A stretch of DNA of 64,000 bases. Origin: Nostoc sp. (GTDB lineage Bacteria; Cyanobacteriota; Cyanobacteriia; Cyanobacteriales; Nostocaceae). The position numbers and the translations under genes were made by a program. A model generated the notes under the pieces. That model ran no database searches, was not told the origin of the DNA, and was given only the letters and a program-made list of their open reading frames with translations. Positions 30,512 through 40,989 of this stretch are shown here, piece after piece; the first letter of the stretch is position 1, and every line of letters begins with the position of its first letter. The stretch is from NCBI GenBank assembly GCA_036918135.1, contig JBALDB010000036.1:1-64000 (forward strand), read 5' to 3'.

Positions 30512-31324
30512 ATGGAGAACCATCAAGTTCAGTTAGCGAAAGCAAATATTCTTGTTGTTGATGATACACCGGACAATCTGCGACTTTTATCTGCCATGCT
30601 CACTCAGGTTGGCTATGAAATTCGGAGAGTGATAAACGGGCAAACAGCTTTAAAAACAGCACAAGCTGCACCGCCTGATTTAATTTTACTTGACATTATG
30701 ATGCCAGAAATGAATGGCTATGAAGTCTGTCAACACTTGAAAGCTTCAGAGAAAACCCGCGACATTCCAGTGATTTTTATTAGCGCCTTAGATGAAGTAT
30801 TTGACAAAGTTAAAGCTTTTGCAGTTGGGGGGGTAGATTACATTACCAAACCTTTTAGTGAAGAAGAGGTTTTCGCACGTGTAGAAAATAACTTGACTAT
30901 CCGCAGGCTGCAAAAACAACTGACTCAGCAAAATATACTTTTGCAACAGGAAATTAGCGATCGCCAAAAAGCAGAATCAGCACTGCGGTTAAGCCAATTT
31001 TATTTAGACAGGTTTAAAGATGCAATTTTTTTTGTTAGTTCAAATGCCCAGTTTGTTTATGTAAATGAAGCAGCTTGCAGAACTTTAGGTTATTCTCGCG
31101 AACAATTGCTGACCATGAATGTTCACGATATCGATCCAAATTTTCCAGCAGAAACTTGGGACTCACAATGGCAAGAACTTAGACAAAAAGATAGTTCCAG
31201 TTTTGAATCTATTCACCGAACTCAAGATGGTCGGAATCTACATGTGAAAATAACCTTTAGTTATCTAGAGTTCAAAGAACAGGAATATTTCTGTACTAGT
31301 GCTTGTTATCTCACCACTTACTAA
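30512..31324 (+). CDS. response regulator REC + PAS, apparently lacking an output domain
   Basis: ILVVDD, LILLDIMMP, DYITKPF; PAS VNEAAC..LGYSREQLL; ends at the PAC strand. Confidence 0.8.
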   Translation: MENHQVQLAKANILVVDDTPDNLRLLSAMLTQVGYEIRRVINGQTALKTAQAAPPDLILLDIMMPEMNGYEVCQHLKASEKTRDIPVIFISALDEVFDKVKAFAVGGVDYITKPFSEEEVFARVENNLTIRRLQKQLTQQNILLQQEISDRQKAESALRLSQFYLDRFKDAIFFVSSNAQFVYVNEAACRTLGYSREQLLTMNVHDIDPNFPAETWDSQWQELRQKDSSSFESIHRTQDGRNLHVKITFSYLEFKEQEYFCTSACYLTTY

Positions 31325-32885
31325 TGTTGCCTTTAGAGGTCGTTGGACAGTGCTTTTTATACTCGAAAGTCACCATCCCCAAGCCTAAAACAACTATCAA
31401 TGCCCAACCGAATGCACCTAAAAAAAATAATCTTTGAAATCTAGCTGCTTTTTGCTCTTGAACTAGTCTAGCTTTAACTTCTTTAGTTCGTTCTGCTTCT
31501 AACCACGTCTCAACTTCTCGCCGATCGCATTCTTGGCTAGCTGCTAAAAACTGATAATCCAAATCGCTCAAGCTTTTGCCTTGTGACCAAGCTAGAGCTT
31601 CATGTAAAGCTGTCCCACGCAATAGTCGTGAATTGTCACAGCGTTGTGAGGCTACCCAAGCGTTGAATGCTTGGGAGTAGGGGCGCAATTTTGCTAGTTG
31701 TTTTTCTACCCAAGTTTGGTTGAAAACCTCTTGATAAATGCGGTTTTTCACTATTAGTTGCCCTTGCTGCTTGGTCACCAATCCTGACAGCAGCAGTTCT
31801 ATTTGCTCCTCTCCATCATCACAAGCTACCTGAATTCCTTGTAAAATTTGCTGATACAGTCCCAGCAAACCTCCAGCACGCTGCTCATCTATCAGCAGGC
31901 GATCGCGGATTGTCTTCAAATGCTCTGGCTCGTCCTTTGCTTCCCATTTCTCAATAATATGGGTTTGCACTAGTTTTTCTAAAATTAACAAAGGAATTTG
32001 ATAATAAAAATTTATTAAATGTTGATTAATAATCGGTAAATGGTTATCCAATTTATAACGCTCATCAACTTCTAAACTTCTCTGTTCTTCAACATTTTTG
32101 CTTCCACAGGTTCTTTCTTGCACGACTATCTGACAGAGCTTTTGAGTGAGAAACGGCTGACCATTTGTCCAAGCCAAAATTTCTTTGATAACCGCCATCG
32201 GATTAGCTACTCTAGTTTCTAACCCTGCTGCTAATGGCTGAACTTCCGATAAATTAAAGCCATGTAGTTCAATAGATTTACCAATGTTAAATGGGGTACA
32301 GTTGCGATCTACAATCAAATTTGAAGGTGTTGCTACTCCGAATAGTGCCCAAGTTAGGCGGTTATATTCTGGATTTTCGGCTCGCTGATTGTAGCACGAG
32401 CGAATTAAAGTAAAAAAATCGACAACAGGGAAATTCAACCCTAAAACACTATCAATCTCATCAATAAAAATAAATATTTTTTCAGTTTTTAATTCAACTA
32501 ATAAAATATCTTCAACAAACTGGCTCAATCGTTGTAATGCAGGTAAATCTTCACGCTCCGACCACCAGGCTTTGATATTAACTTTGTTAAAAAGATTAAA
32601 GCTCCTTAATAAGTCAATCACTATGCCTTTATACCACTGAGTAGGAGTAATATTGCCATTACCAATCCGAGTCATATCGATAGAAGCACAACTGAAGCCT
32701 GCTTTTTCTAATTGATATCTTGTTTGTAACCGCAAGCTAGATTTACCCATTTGGCGGGAACTAAATACATAACAAAATTCCCCTTGAATTAAAGCATTAT
32801 AAAGTTCAAAATCAGCCTGTCGTTTTACATAGCTAGGAGCATCGATTTTGAGACTGCCACCAATTTGATATTCGTACTTATTCAT
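31311..32885 (-). CDS. AAA-like (AAA_35, STAND-type) protein ending just after a TM helix
   Basis: YQIGGSL...APSYVKRQAD, RQMGKSSL, FIDEID, TPFNIG, WTNGQPFLTQKLC, SRLLRG. Confidence 0.85.
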   Translation of the reverse strand: MNKYEYQIGGSLKIDAPSYVKRQADFELYNALIQGEFCYVFSSRQMGKSSLRLQTRYQLEKAGFSCASIDMTRIGNGNITPTQWYKGIVIDLLRSFNLFNKVNIKAWWSEREDLPALQRLSQFVEDILLVELKTEKIFIFIDEIDSVLGLNFPVVDFFTLIRSCYNQRAENPEYNRLTWALFGVATPSNLIVDRNCTPFNIGKSIELHGFNLSEVQPLAAGLETRVANPMAVIKEILAWTNGQPFLTQKLCQIVVQERTCGSKNVEEQRSLEVDERYKLDNHLPIINQHLINFYYQIPLLILEKLVQTHIIEKWEAKDEPEHLKTIRDRLLIDEQRAGGLLGLYQQILQGIQVACDDGEEQIELLLSGLVTKQQGQLIVKNRIYQEVFNQTWVEKQLAKLRPYSQAFNAWVASQRCDNSRLLRGTALHEALAWSQGKSLSDLDYQFLAASQECDRREVETWLEAERTKEVKARLVQEQKAARFQRLFFLGAFGWALIVVLGLGMVTFEYKKHCPTTSKGNISKW

Positions 32886-32890
32886 AGCGT

Positions 32891-34312
32891 TTAAGCTAAT
32901 TGCTCTCGGAAATACAGCTGATATAATTCACAGCTAGATATTGCCTGATTTCCTTCAAGTTTTATCAGACCCATACTTTCTAATTTATAGGCAGCGATCG
33001 CTTCCAATTGCACACTTGTTGGAGAGGTAACTACCCGTTTTAGTGCTGTTGCGAGTTCGGGATGTTCTTGGAGATTGGCTAGATGATAGCGTAAATAGTT
33101 GCTATAGATGCCGGCAATTGTGGGAGCCTCTTTTAGTAGCTGCTCTAAAGTTACTGTTTGATTTCCCAGGTTATAAAGAGCCAGACGAGCTAGATAGGGA
33201 TGACCACCAATCATTGCTCGTAGCAAAGCCAACTTTTCTAATCCTTTCTCACCTTTGGCCCAATCGAGTCCATGACGCACTGCCAATTCTTGCATCTGCT
33301 CTAAACTAAATTCTGGTAACTTAATCGGTAATCCCACATTGAAAGGGGATTGATTAATATCTAGCGGGATATAAGCTTCAGTCGCATGAACTACTACTAA
33401 TCGCAGTTTTTGCCAGATTTCTAATTCGGAAGCATCTTCATACCAAGAGCGCAGTAGCGGGAGAAAATCTCTAGAGATTTCTGGATACTCGAAAATTCGA
33501 TTCACTTCATCCAAAGCTAAAACTACCGGAGCGTCGATTTTCTCTAGCAAATACTCCTGTAAATACAGTGTGCAGCTAACTTTGCTACCAATATCCTCAT
33601 CCCAATAATCATCTAGTCTGATTTCTAAGTGCAACTGCCGACTGATGTTAGCGCAAAACCAGCGTAAGAATTTTTCCAAGCTAGTGAAAACTTGACTATC
33701 TGCCCTCTGTAAACCGATTTGTACGGTGTGTACCCCAGTCTGTTTGGCATGAGTAAGAATTCTGTGCATTAGGGAGGTTTTTCCCATTTTGCTGGGGGCT
33801 TTGATTCTGATTAAGCTTCCAGGTTTATTAATTTCTGTATATGTGCGTTCTTCAATTGGCGGACGCTCTATGTAAAAGAAGGAATTGAGCGGTACAGAGC
33901 CACCAGGGATTTCTAATAAGTCGGAATTAAAGACTGGGATTTGTTTCTCTTCTTGTTTTTCGACGATCAAAGAAGACCCCGATTTGCCATCTTTAACTTT
34001 GCTTATTTGCTGAGACTGTCTTAAAACTACTGGCACAGGTTGTAGTTTTTCTGACAAAACGTTAGTTTGCGAGCGCCGTCTCAATACTGAGCGAAAATTA
34101 CTTTTTGTCACCTCCTCCCCGAAAGCCTGTGAAAGTAACTTCCATAATTTAGAACCAACATCTTTTATATAATTGGCATCATAACCACAATTTTCGGCGA
34201 TATCTGAATAAGTTTGTCCTTCCCAAGCTTTACAAAATACTATTTCCTGAACATCACTTAAGCTATGTTCAAGAAATGTATCTAAAATTGCTAGCGCTTC
34301 TTCTATATTCAT
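32891..34312 (-). CDS. AAA-like (AAA_35) protein with N-terminal HTH-like domain
   Basis: GQTY.DIA...Y...GSKLW.LLS; YIERPPIE, KMGKTSL, LDEV, QSPFNVG, GGHPYL. Confidence 0.85.
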   Translation of the reverse strand: MNIEEALAILDTFLEHSLSDVQEIVFCKAWEGQTYSDIAENCGYDANYIKDVGSKLWKLLSQAFGEEVTKSNFRSVLRRRSQTNVLSEKLQPVPVVLRQSQQISKVKDGKSGSSLIVEKQEEKQIPVFNSDLLEIPGGSVPLNSFFYIERPPIEERTYTEINKPGSLIRIKAPSKMGKTSLMHRILTHAKQTGVHTVQIGLQRADSQVFTSLEKFLRWFCANISRQLHLEIRLDDYWDEDIGSKVSCTLYLQEYLLEKIDAPVVLALDEVNRIFEYPEISRDFLPLLRSWYEDASELEIWQKLRLVVVHATEAYIPLDINQSPFNVGLPIKLPEFSLEQMQELAVRHGLDWAKGEKGLEKLALLRAMIGGHPYLARLALYNLGNQTVTLEQLLKEAPTIAGIYSNYLRYHLANLQEHPELATALKRVVTSPTSVQLEAIAAYKLESMGLIKLEGNQAISSCELYQLYFREQLA

Positions 34313-34685
34313 TTGTAAAAAATAAAGTTTGTTTTAAATAAGACTTTAGCGGAATTTTTCATACTTTTTTCATTATTTACTTAAATTTAAACAGTTAGCT
34401 TCATTTCTATCTGCCATTCTCAGGTATATGAATAGGGGGTAGGTATAGCGACTCCTGCTTGAAAGCAAGAGTTTTAAGCAAGGACGCAGTGTTTCAACCT
34501 CTGCAACAGCTTAACTGCTTGCTATTAGCAGCAATTACTGTTTTCGTAGTTGGCCAACCCGGAAATCCTGTTGCGATCGCACCTCATACAAATTGAGGCT
34601 AGACTAGATTGTATTTACAGCTTATTTCTCGTTCTCAAGTTGGAGTATAGAAACGCCAGTAACGAATGTAAGCAGGAGATGATTT

Positions 34686-35498
34686 ATGCCGAGATGGAAT
34701 GCAGAGAAAAAACAAGCGTATAGAACCGAGGTAATTCAACGCATTACCGCAGCAATGCCCTCAGTAATGCAGGAATATACCTCAATTAATTGGACTGAGG
34801 AACTCAAACGCTACCGTACCGACCATGAATATTACCCTGACTACATCCACGCTCCTATTCATGGGATGAGCGATTCCTATACCAACCCTCAATCCTGCTT
34901 AAGTTGGGATGCTGCTATGGATGCCATTATTCCCCTCAGCCACAATGTTAGTTGCCAGCAATTGCGCGAAAAAATGGCTGAACTAATACCTCAAGACGCT
35001 CAAATTGAGACGGTACTAGAGCTTGGTGCAGGTACGGGTGGCGGAGCGCTGGCCTTAGCACAGCGATTTCCTCAAGCGACTTTTCACATTACTGATGTTT
35101 CGCCTTACATGCTGGTAATCGCTCAGCACAAGTTTAAAAAGCTTGGATTTGGTGAGCGGGCTTCCTTCGAGCAGGTGGACGCTCGTTATACTGGCTATCC
35201 TGACAACTCTTTTTCTCTTGTCACGTCATCACTACTCTTCCACGAGACGCCTAAAGAGTGGACGCCCAAGATTCTTAAGGAGATGTACCGGATTACCAAG
35301 CCCGGAGGTTGGATACTATACGCTGACACATATCGTGGCGAATACGCTCTGAGCGCTTCTTTTCAGGAACCGTGGTTGGATGACTTTATCCATTTCAACT
35401 TCGAGTATGAGTTTGCGAAAGCAGGTTTTACAGAACTCAAATATATTCCCTATGCCGTGGGTTTGTGGTATATGGTTGGTCGTAAGCTAGAAACATAA
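34686..35498 (+). CDS. class I SAM-dependent methyltransferase
   Basis: VLELGAGTG, DVSPYML, LLFHE, RITKPGG; RBS aggag upstream. Confidence 0.88.
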   Translation: MPRWNAEKKQAYRTEVIQRITAAMPSVMQEYTSINWTEELKRYRTDHEYYPDYIHAPIHGMSDSYTNPQSCLSWDAAMDAIIPLSHNVSCQQLREKMAELIPQDAQIETVLELGAGTGGGALALAQRFPQATFHITDVSPYMLVIAQHKFKKLGFGERASFEQVDARYTGYPDNSFSLVTSSLLFHETPKEWTPKILKEMYRITKPGGWILYADTYRGEYALSASFQEPWLDDFIHFNFEYEFAKAGFTELKYIPYAVGLWYMVGRKLET

Positions 35499-36257
35499 AG
35501 ACAAAACAATGACAACAGAATTTAGGGACTTCTATTGACAAAAATATTCCATCGTAGGGGTATAAGGTCTTGCGCGCCTACATATATACAAATAATTTAC
35601 AAATAATTTGAAATAATTTATTTTTGGGAAATTTCTTAACAACGATTTTGTTCAGCGTACGAGACTTAAAGCTCTCAGACTTTTGAACTAATAAATCAGT
35701 GAATATACCTTTATTATTTAAGAGAAAAAATTTAATTTGTTCTAGATAATTCAATCTTGTTTTTCAATCTTATTAATAATTCAGACGCATTCGCCTTGGG
35801 TATAGAACAAACCTTTGGACTACACCCAAGAGCAAAGTGAAAACAGCCACAAACCGAGTTATTCAGCCTGAATTCAAGTCTTCTTTTTTTCAAAAATAAA
35901 CCGGCAGAAGTAGTTAAAATCGTACTTTTGGTAGCACTAACCTGTGTCATTTTGTGCTATACCTAAAGCGATAGGAGAGTAATTGTAATAAATTTAATTT
36001 CTTATTCTGGTAATTAACATATTTATTATTTGTTATTAAAAACTCACCCTAAAGACTGAATACTTTTACCTCCTGTTCGCACCTACACTAAATAATCAAG
36101 GTGTGAAATTAACCAACGGTTATTATTTTCAAACCAATCAAAACAAATCAGTTGTCTATAAGTTATTGATGAATTGAATTTAGAGACACTCGAAAGAAGC
36201 AATCCTTTCGGGTTCTTTAAATAACACACAGTATATGGCTTAGAGCAGGTACTTATC

Positions 36258-36518
36258 ATGACGCGATCGCAAACACCACCAAACGGACACAATAGCACCT
36301 TAAGCAACGAATCCTTTACAGATTCAGTGTTGAAAGCGTTTCTACCAGCATCGGGTTCTCAGTTTGCCTTACTGCCACCTGATAATGCCACGGGTAACTT
36401 TACCAAAATTGTACGGCGGATTCCTGTCAAAGTTGTATTTGAACCTGAAAGCATTCAAGGTTATAAGTCACGCATTACTCCTGGCATGTCAGCCATAGTC
36501 ACCGTAAATGTCAAATAA
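36258..36518 (+). pseudogene. EmrA/HlyD-family adaptor remnant with a large internal deletion
   Basis: Short N-terminus joined to the EmrA C-terminal PASGSQFALLPPDNATGNFTKIV.RIPV...PGMS; only 86 aa. Confidence 0.8.
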
Positions 36519-38145
36519 GTCTAGTAAAAATACAAACAACGCTGTGAGTAAAAACTCTAAAAAACAATGGCAAACACAACCTCCTTCCGGCCCAGGTTTT
36601 GCCGACGATCGCGTCCCTTTTAAGACTTGGGTTGGTCTTTTTGGAGCAATGCTAGGCGCGTTCATGGCAGTACTAGATATCCAGATTGTCAGCTCCTCTC
36701 TCGAAGAAATTGGAGGCGCTCTAGGTGCGACGCTCGAAGAGGGTTCCTGGATTTCGACGGCTTATCTAGTGGCGGAAATAGTGGTGATTCCGTTGACGGG
36801 TTGGCTATCGCAAGTGTTTTCCGTGCGATGGTATTTGCTAGGGAACGCTGTTTTGTTTATTTTCTTTTCCGTCTGCTGTGCCTTTGCCTGGAGCCTGCCT
36901 TCGATGATTGTGTTTCGAGCCGGACAAGGACTAACCGGAGGCGTACTCATCCCGATGGCGTTCACCATTGTGCTGACAACCTTACCTCCTGCGAAACAGA
37001 CAATCGGTCTGGCGCTATTTTCGATTACAGCCACCTTTGCCCCATCAATTGGGCCGACAATTGGAGGCTGGCTAACCGATAACTTTGCTTGGCAGTATAA
37101 CTTTTATCTAAATATTATTCCAGGGATATTGTTGGTAGGAATGGTCTGGTATGCCATCGAGCCTCAACCTCTGCAATTGAATCGGCTCAAAGGAGGCGAC
37201 TGGTTGGGCGTTGTCTCAATGGCGCTTGGTTTAGGGTCGTTGGAAGTGGTATTAGAAGAAGGAAACCGCAAAGACTGGTTTGGTTCGCCGTTGATTGTTC
37301 GTTTGGCGATCGTTGCTGCTGTTTTCATCACCCTTTTCCTCTGGCTTGAACTTACTGGCAAAAGACCGTTTATCAATTTGCGCTTATTAGTTCGCCGTAA
37401 TTTTGGTATTGGCAGTGTGGCAGGTTTGGCATTGGGATTAGGATTGTATGGCTCTGTCTACATCCTGCCTCTGTATCTTGCTCAAATCCAGAACTATTCA
37501 GCCATGCAAATTGGTGAAGTGATAATGTGGTCTGGCATCCCGCAACTTTTTCTCATCCCATTTGTACCCAAACTGATGAAGTACTTCGATGTGCGGTTTA
37601 TGGCTGCGGTTGGATTCAGTTTATTTGCTGTCAGTTGTTTTATGAACTCCCACATGACGCAGTATACCGGCATCAACGAGTTGCGCTGGTCGCAGTTAGT
37701 TCGCGCACTTGGACAACCGCTGATGATTCTGCCGCTGACCTCGATCGCGACCGCCAACATTGAAAGAGAGCAGGCAGGTTCTGCCTCTGGGTTGTTTAAT
37801 ATGATGCGAAACCTCGGCGGTTCGATGGGAATTGCAGCCCTGTCCACACTCCTGACCCGACGAGAACAATTTCACTCCAATCGCATTGGCGATGCCGTTT
37901 CACTTTATAAACCAGAAACTCAGCAGCAGATTGACCAACTGACTCAATTTTTTATTAGTCGCGGCTCAGAAGCAAGTGTTGCTTACAATCAAGCAGTTCA
38001 GCAAATCGCTAATATTGTGCGACGTGAAGCTTACATTATGGCATACAACGATTGTTTTTACCTGATTGGCTTTGCACTGTTGCTCACCGGGCTAGCTCTG
38101 TTATTCTGTAAAAAAGTTAAGGCGACCAATGCAGCAGCCCATTAG
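36508..38145 (+). CDS. DHA2 (EmrB/QacA) MFS efflux permease
   Basis: FMAVLDIQIV, WISTAYL..E, RAGQGL.GG, APSIGPTIGGWLTD, EEG...DWF.S, RNLGGS.G. Confidence 0.92.
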   Translation: MSNKSSKNTNNAVSKNSKKQWQTQPPSGPGFADDRVPFKTWVGLFGAMLGAFMAVLDIQIVSSSLEEIGGALGATLEEGSWISTAYLVAEIVVIPLTGWLSQVFSVRWYLLGNAVLFIFFSVCCAFAWSLPSMIVFRAGQGLTGGVLIPMAFTIVLTTLPPAKQTIGLALFSITATFAPSIGPTIGGWLTDNFAWQYNFYLNIIPGILLVGMVWYAIEPQPLQLNRLKGGDWLGVVSMALGLGSLEVVLEEGNRKDWFGSPLIVRLAIVAAVFITLFLWLELTGKRPFINLRLLVRRNFGIGSVAGLALGLGLYGSVYILPLYLAQIQNYSAMQIGEVIMWSGIPQLFLIPFVPKLMKYFDVRFMAAVGFSLFAVSCFMNSHMTQYTGINELRWSQLVRALGQPLMILPLTSIATANIEREQAGSASGLFNMMRNLGGSMGIAALSTLLTRREQFHSNRIGDAVSLYKPETQQQIDQLTQFFISRGSEASVAYNQAVQQIANIVRREAYIMAYNDCFYLIGFALLLTGLALLFCKKVKATNAAAH

Positions 38146-38371
38146 AATTTTTGCAGGATAAGAGCCGGAGTAGGATTAGATAAGTGCCTAATACTGCCAC
38201 TATGCAGTTGCAATAGCGCAAGCAACAACTGACACTCTACAACAAAGGAATATTGTTGAGATGTAGAAGTACTCTCGTGAAGATAGCTTATTATGCATAA
38301 ATCCTGAATCACAACTATCTTTAAGCTGTTGACAGGCATCTATAATGCTAATCATAAAGGCTTAATAATAT

Positions 38372-38404
38372 AACACTGCCCTAGACGAAAGCTAGAGCAG
38401 TGTT
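38372..38404. terminator. stem-loop, possible terminator
   Basis: aacactgc-c-ctag acgaaag ctag-a-gcagtgtt. Confidence 0.4.
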
Positions 38405-39007
38405 TGATAGAAGTAAATTATATGAGAGACTTTTATTGTTGTCTCCCGTTTATGCATAATTAATATTGTTATACAATACTATTCACTTCAAGTTTTGAAC
38501 TTTACGCAAAAAACGAATAATTTTTAAATTAGCATTATAAAACTTAGAGGTAAGTATAAAAAAGACTTAAAGTCTTTTTTATACTTGTTCTATTTTAGTA
38601 TACTGAAAACTTCTACCTTAGCGTTTGCAATGACAAGTGTTTAATCGGATATGATATAAAATGGGTATATGTAATATCTCGAATGAACTCTAGATAAAGT
38701 TTATGAAAGAGGGAAAGCTATAACTTTCCCTGAGTTACTAAGTTCCTACTAAACTCCCAAATTTAGTAGTAATAGCTTTTAGCTTTTTTAGTTACTTCTT
38801 TATATTATTAAAAGTCATTTATTTAAAAAACATCAGACTAAAGTCACCAATTTTTACATGACTTAAGTCATGGTTTAAGCATACACAAAATACACAAATA
38901 TTGTTAAATTAGTAATAATCTTCCCAAAAAGCTAATTCAAAAAAATGATTGCTAATGGAGGAAGGAGGGACTAAAATTTTATTCCTGCTGTCTTAACTCA
39001 GTTTTCT

Positions 39008-39805
39008 ATGTGCAGATTAATTGGCTATCTTGGTAACAGCATCCAATTAGATGAGTTGTTATATAAACAAGAACATTCTCTTTGCGTTCAAAGTTATAAT
39101 CCTTTAGAATTAAAGTCAGGATTTGTCTGTGCAGACGGGCTTGGTGTAGGTTGGTACGATCGAGCAGGTAAACCATTTATTTATCGCAATACCGTCCCAT
39201 TTTGGAACGATCCGAATTTGAAAGAGCTAAGTCAATATGTACAATCAGATTGTACAGTAGGTTATACTCGACTAGCTGGAATCGGTGAAGTGCTTGATAT
39301 CAGCAATTGTCAACCATTTCGTAATGGAAAGCTCTTGTTTGTCCATAATGGTGGTATATCTAACTTTCAACAAACACTTCTTCGACCGATACGCGATCGC
39401 CTTGGTGATTCTACATATCATTTAATTAAAGGTCTAACAGACTCGGAACACATTTTCGCTCTGTTTGTAGAAATGTGGCAGTCTTCTTTTGATAGCACTC
39501 TGTTGTCAGCCCTTTCGAGTACACTACAAACATTGACTGACTTGGCTCAAAAATACGACACCAGTTTTAGTACCAATATAATTATCAGCGATGGTCAAGC
39601 ACTTGCAGCAGTTCGCTACGCTTATGGTACAGAAGCGCCTACTCTTTATTGGTCTTATGATGATGTAACTCACCCAAAGCGAGTGATTGTTGCGTCTGAA
39701 CCTTTATCTAACCAAAATTGGACAGCCTTTCCTGAGCAAAGTAGTCTATTTGTGCAATCGAAGTCATTGATACCAACAATTAGTCTTTTGGAGAGATCCG
39801 CTTAA
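39008..39805 (+). CDS. class II glutamine amidotransferase (EgtC-like)
   Basis: N-terminal MCR nucleophile; DG.GVGWY, NCQPF, HNG, TDSE, ASEPL. Confidence 0.85.
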   Translation: MCRLIGYLGNSIQLDELLYKQEHSLCVQSYNPLELKSGFVCADGLGVGWYDRAGKPFIYRNTVPFWNDPNLKELSQYVQSDCTVGYTRLAGIGEVLDISNCQPFRNGKLLFVHNGGISNFQQTLLRPIRDRLGDSTYHLIKGLTDSEHIFALFVEMWQSSFDSTLLSALSSTLQTLTDLAQKYDTSFSTNIIISDGQALAAVRYAYGTEAPTLYWSYDDVTHPKRVIVASEPLSNQNWTAFPEQSSLFVQSKSLIPTISLLERSA

Positions 39806-40098
39806 TTTTCTAGGAGTAGGTTGCTTTCATAATTACCAGAACGCAGCAGGATGAATTAGCCGTAACTTTTGTTTGATTTGATTTAAGGAGTCGAGCGCTT
39901 CAAGAGTTTATGCTTAGATAAGTTTTTTTCATTATCATCTTTCTAAAGATTTACTATGCTTGATTGCCGTTTTATCTGTAGATAGAAGAGATTCATGCTT
40001 GAGAAGGGTAAGATTTGATTGCGTAGCTAAAGGGCTGGTTTAGATTTAATCCAACCCAATTGCAACTATCTTTTGAATCAATTTAGGAAGCAGGAATT

Positions 40099-40956
40099 AT
40101 GCGTTGGCAATTGGGTCGTAGGAGTACAAATGTTGAAGATCAGCGTGGGACGAAAGTTTCTGCTCCTGTCGTCGGTGGAGGTATTGGAGCAGTACTTATA
40201 TCGGTAGTCGTTTTGCTTTTGGGTGGCGATCCCAGTGTGATTTGGCAACAAGATCGGACATCGAATGATAGTCCTGTGGCTGAGTCACCGCAATCAAGAG
40301 GCCCTAATGCTCAAGACCAGATGGCAGATTTTGTATCTGTAGTGCTGGCTGATACAGAAGATACATGGAGCGAACTATTTCGGCAAAACGGACAAACTTA
40401 CGTAGAACCTAAATTAGTTCTTTACTCTGGTGCAGTGCAATCTGCTTGTGGATTTACGCGTTCAGTAGTTGGGCCATTTTATTGTCCGCGCGATCGCAAA
40501 GTATATATCGATTTAAGTTTTTATCGTGATTTGAAAACTCGATACCAAGCACCGGGAGATTTTGCTCAAGCATACGTGATTGCTCATGAAGTTGGGCATC
40601 ACGTCCAGAATCTACTAGGAATTTCAGAGAAAGTTGGATTATTGCAGAACAAAGCAAGTCAGACCCAAGCAAATCAGCTTTCTGTACGATTAGAATTACA
40701 AGCAGACTGTTTTGCAGGGGTTTGGGCACATCATGCACAGCGCTCGCGGCAAATTCTGGAGAGAGGCGATATTGAAGAAGCATTGAACGCTGCTAGCAGT
40801 ATAGGAGACGACCGCTTACAAGAACAAGCTAGAGGGTATGCGGTTCCAGAATCTTTTACACATGGTAGTTCAAGCCAAAGAGTTCGCTGGTTTAAGCAAG
40901 GCATTCAGACTGGTAATGTTCAACAATGTAATACCTTTGGTAAGACAAATATTTAA
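40099..40956 (+). CDS. neutral zinc metallopeptidase (YpfJ-like)
   Basis: GRRS.NVED.RG, GPFYCP.D, AHEVGHHVQ, ELQADCFAG, FTHGSS.QR. Confidence 0.9.
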   Translation: MRWQLGRRSTNVEDQRGTKVSAPVVGGGIGAVLISVVVLLLGGDPSVIWQQDRTSNDSPVAESPQSRGPNAQDQMADFVSVVLADTEDTWSELFRQNGQTYVEPKLVLYSGAVQSACGFTRSVVGPFYCPRDRKVYIDLSFYRDLKTRYQAPGDFAQAYVIAHEVGHHVQNLLGISEKVGLLQNKASQTQANQLSVRLELQADCFAGVWAHHAQRSRQILERGDIEEALNAASSIGDDRLQEQARGYAVPESFTHGSSSQRVRWFKQGIQTGNVQQCNTFGKTNI

Positions 40957-40989
40957 AAGAGAATGCAAAGAAGGACTTTTACAAGAAGT

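Noticed and set aside
34686..39805. Ergothioneine pathway cluster
   Set aside because: The methyltransferase does not resemble EgtD, no EgtB is present, and the genes are far apart.
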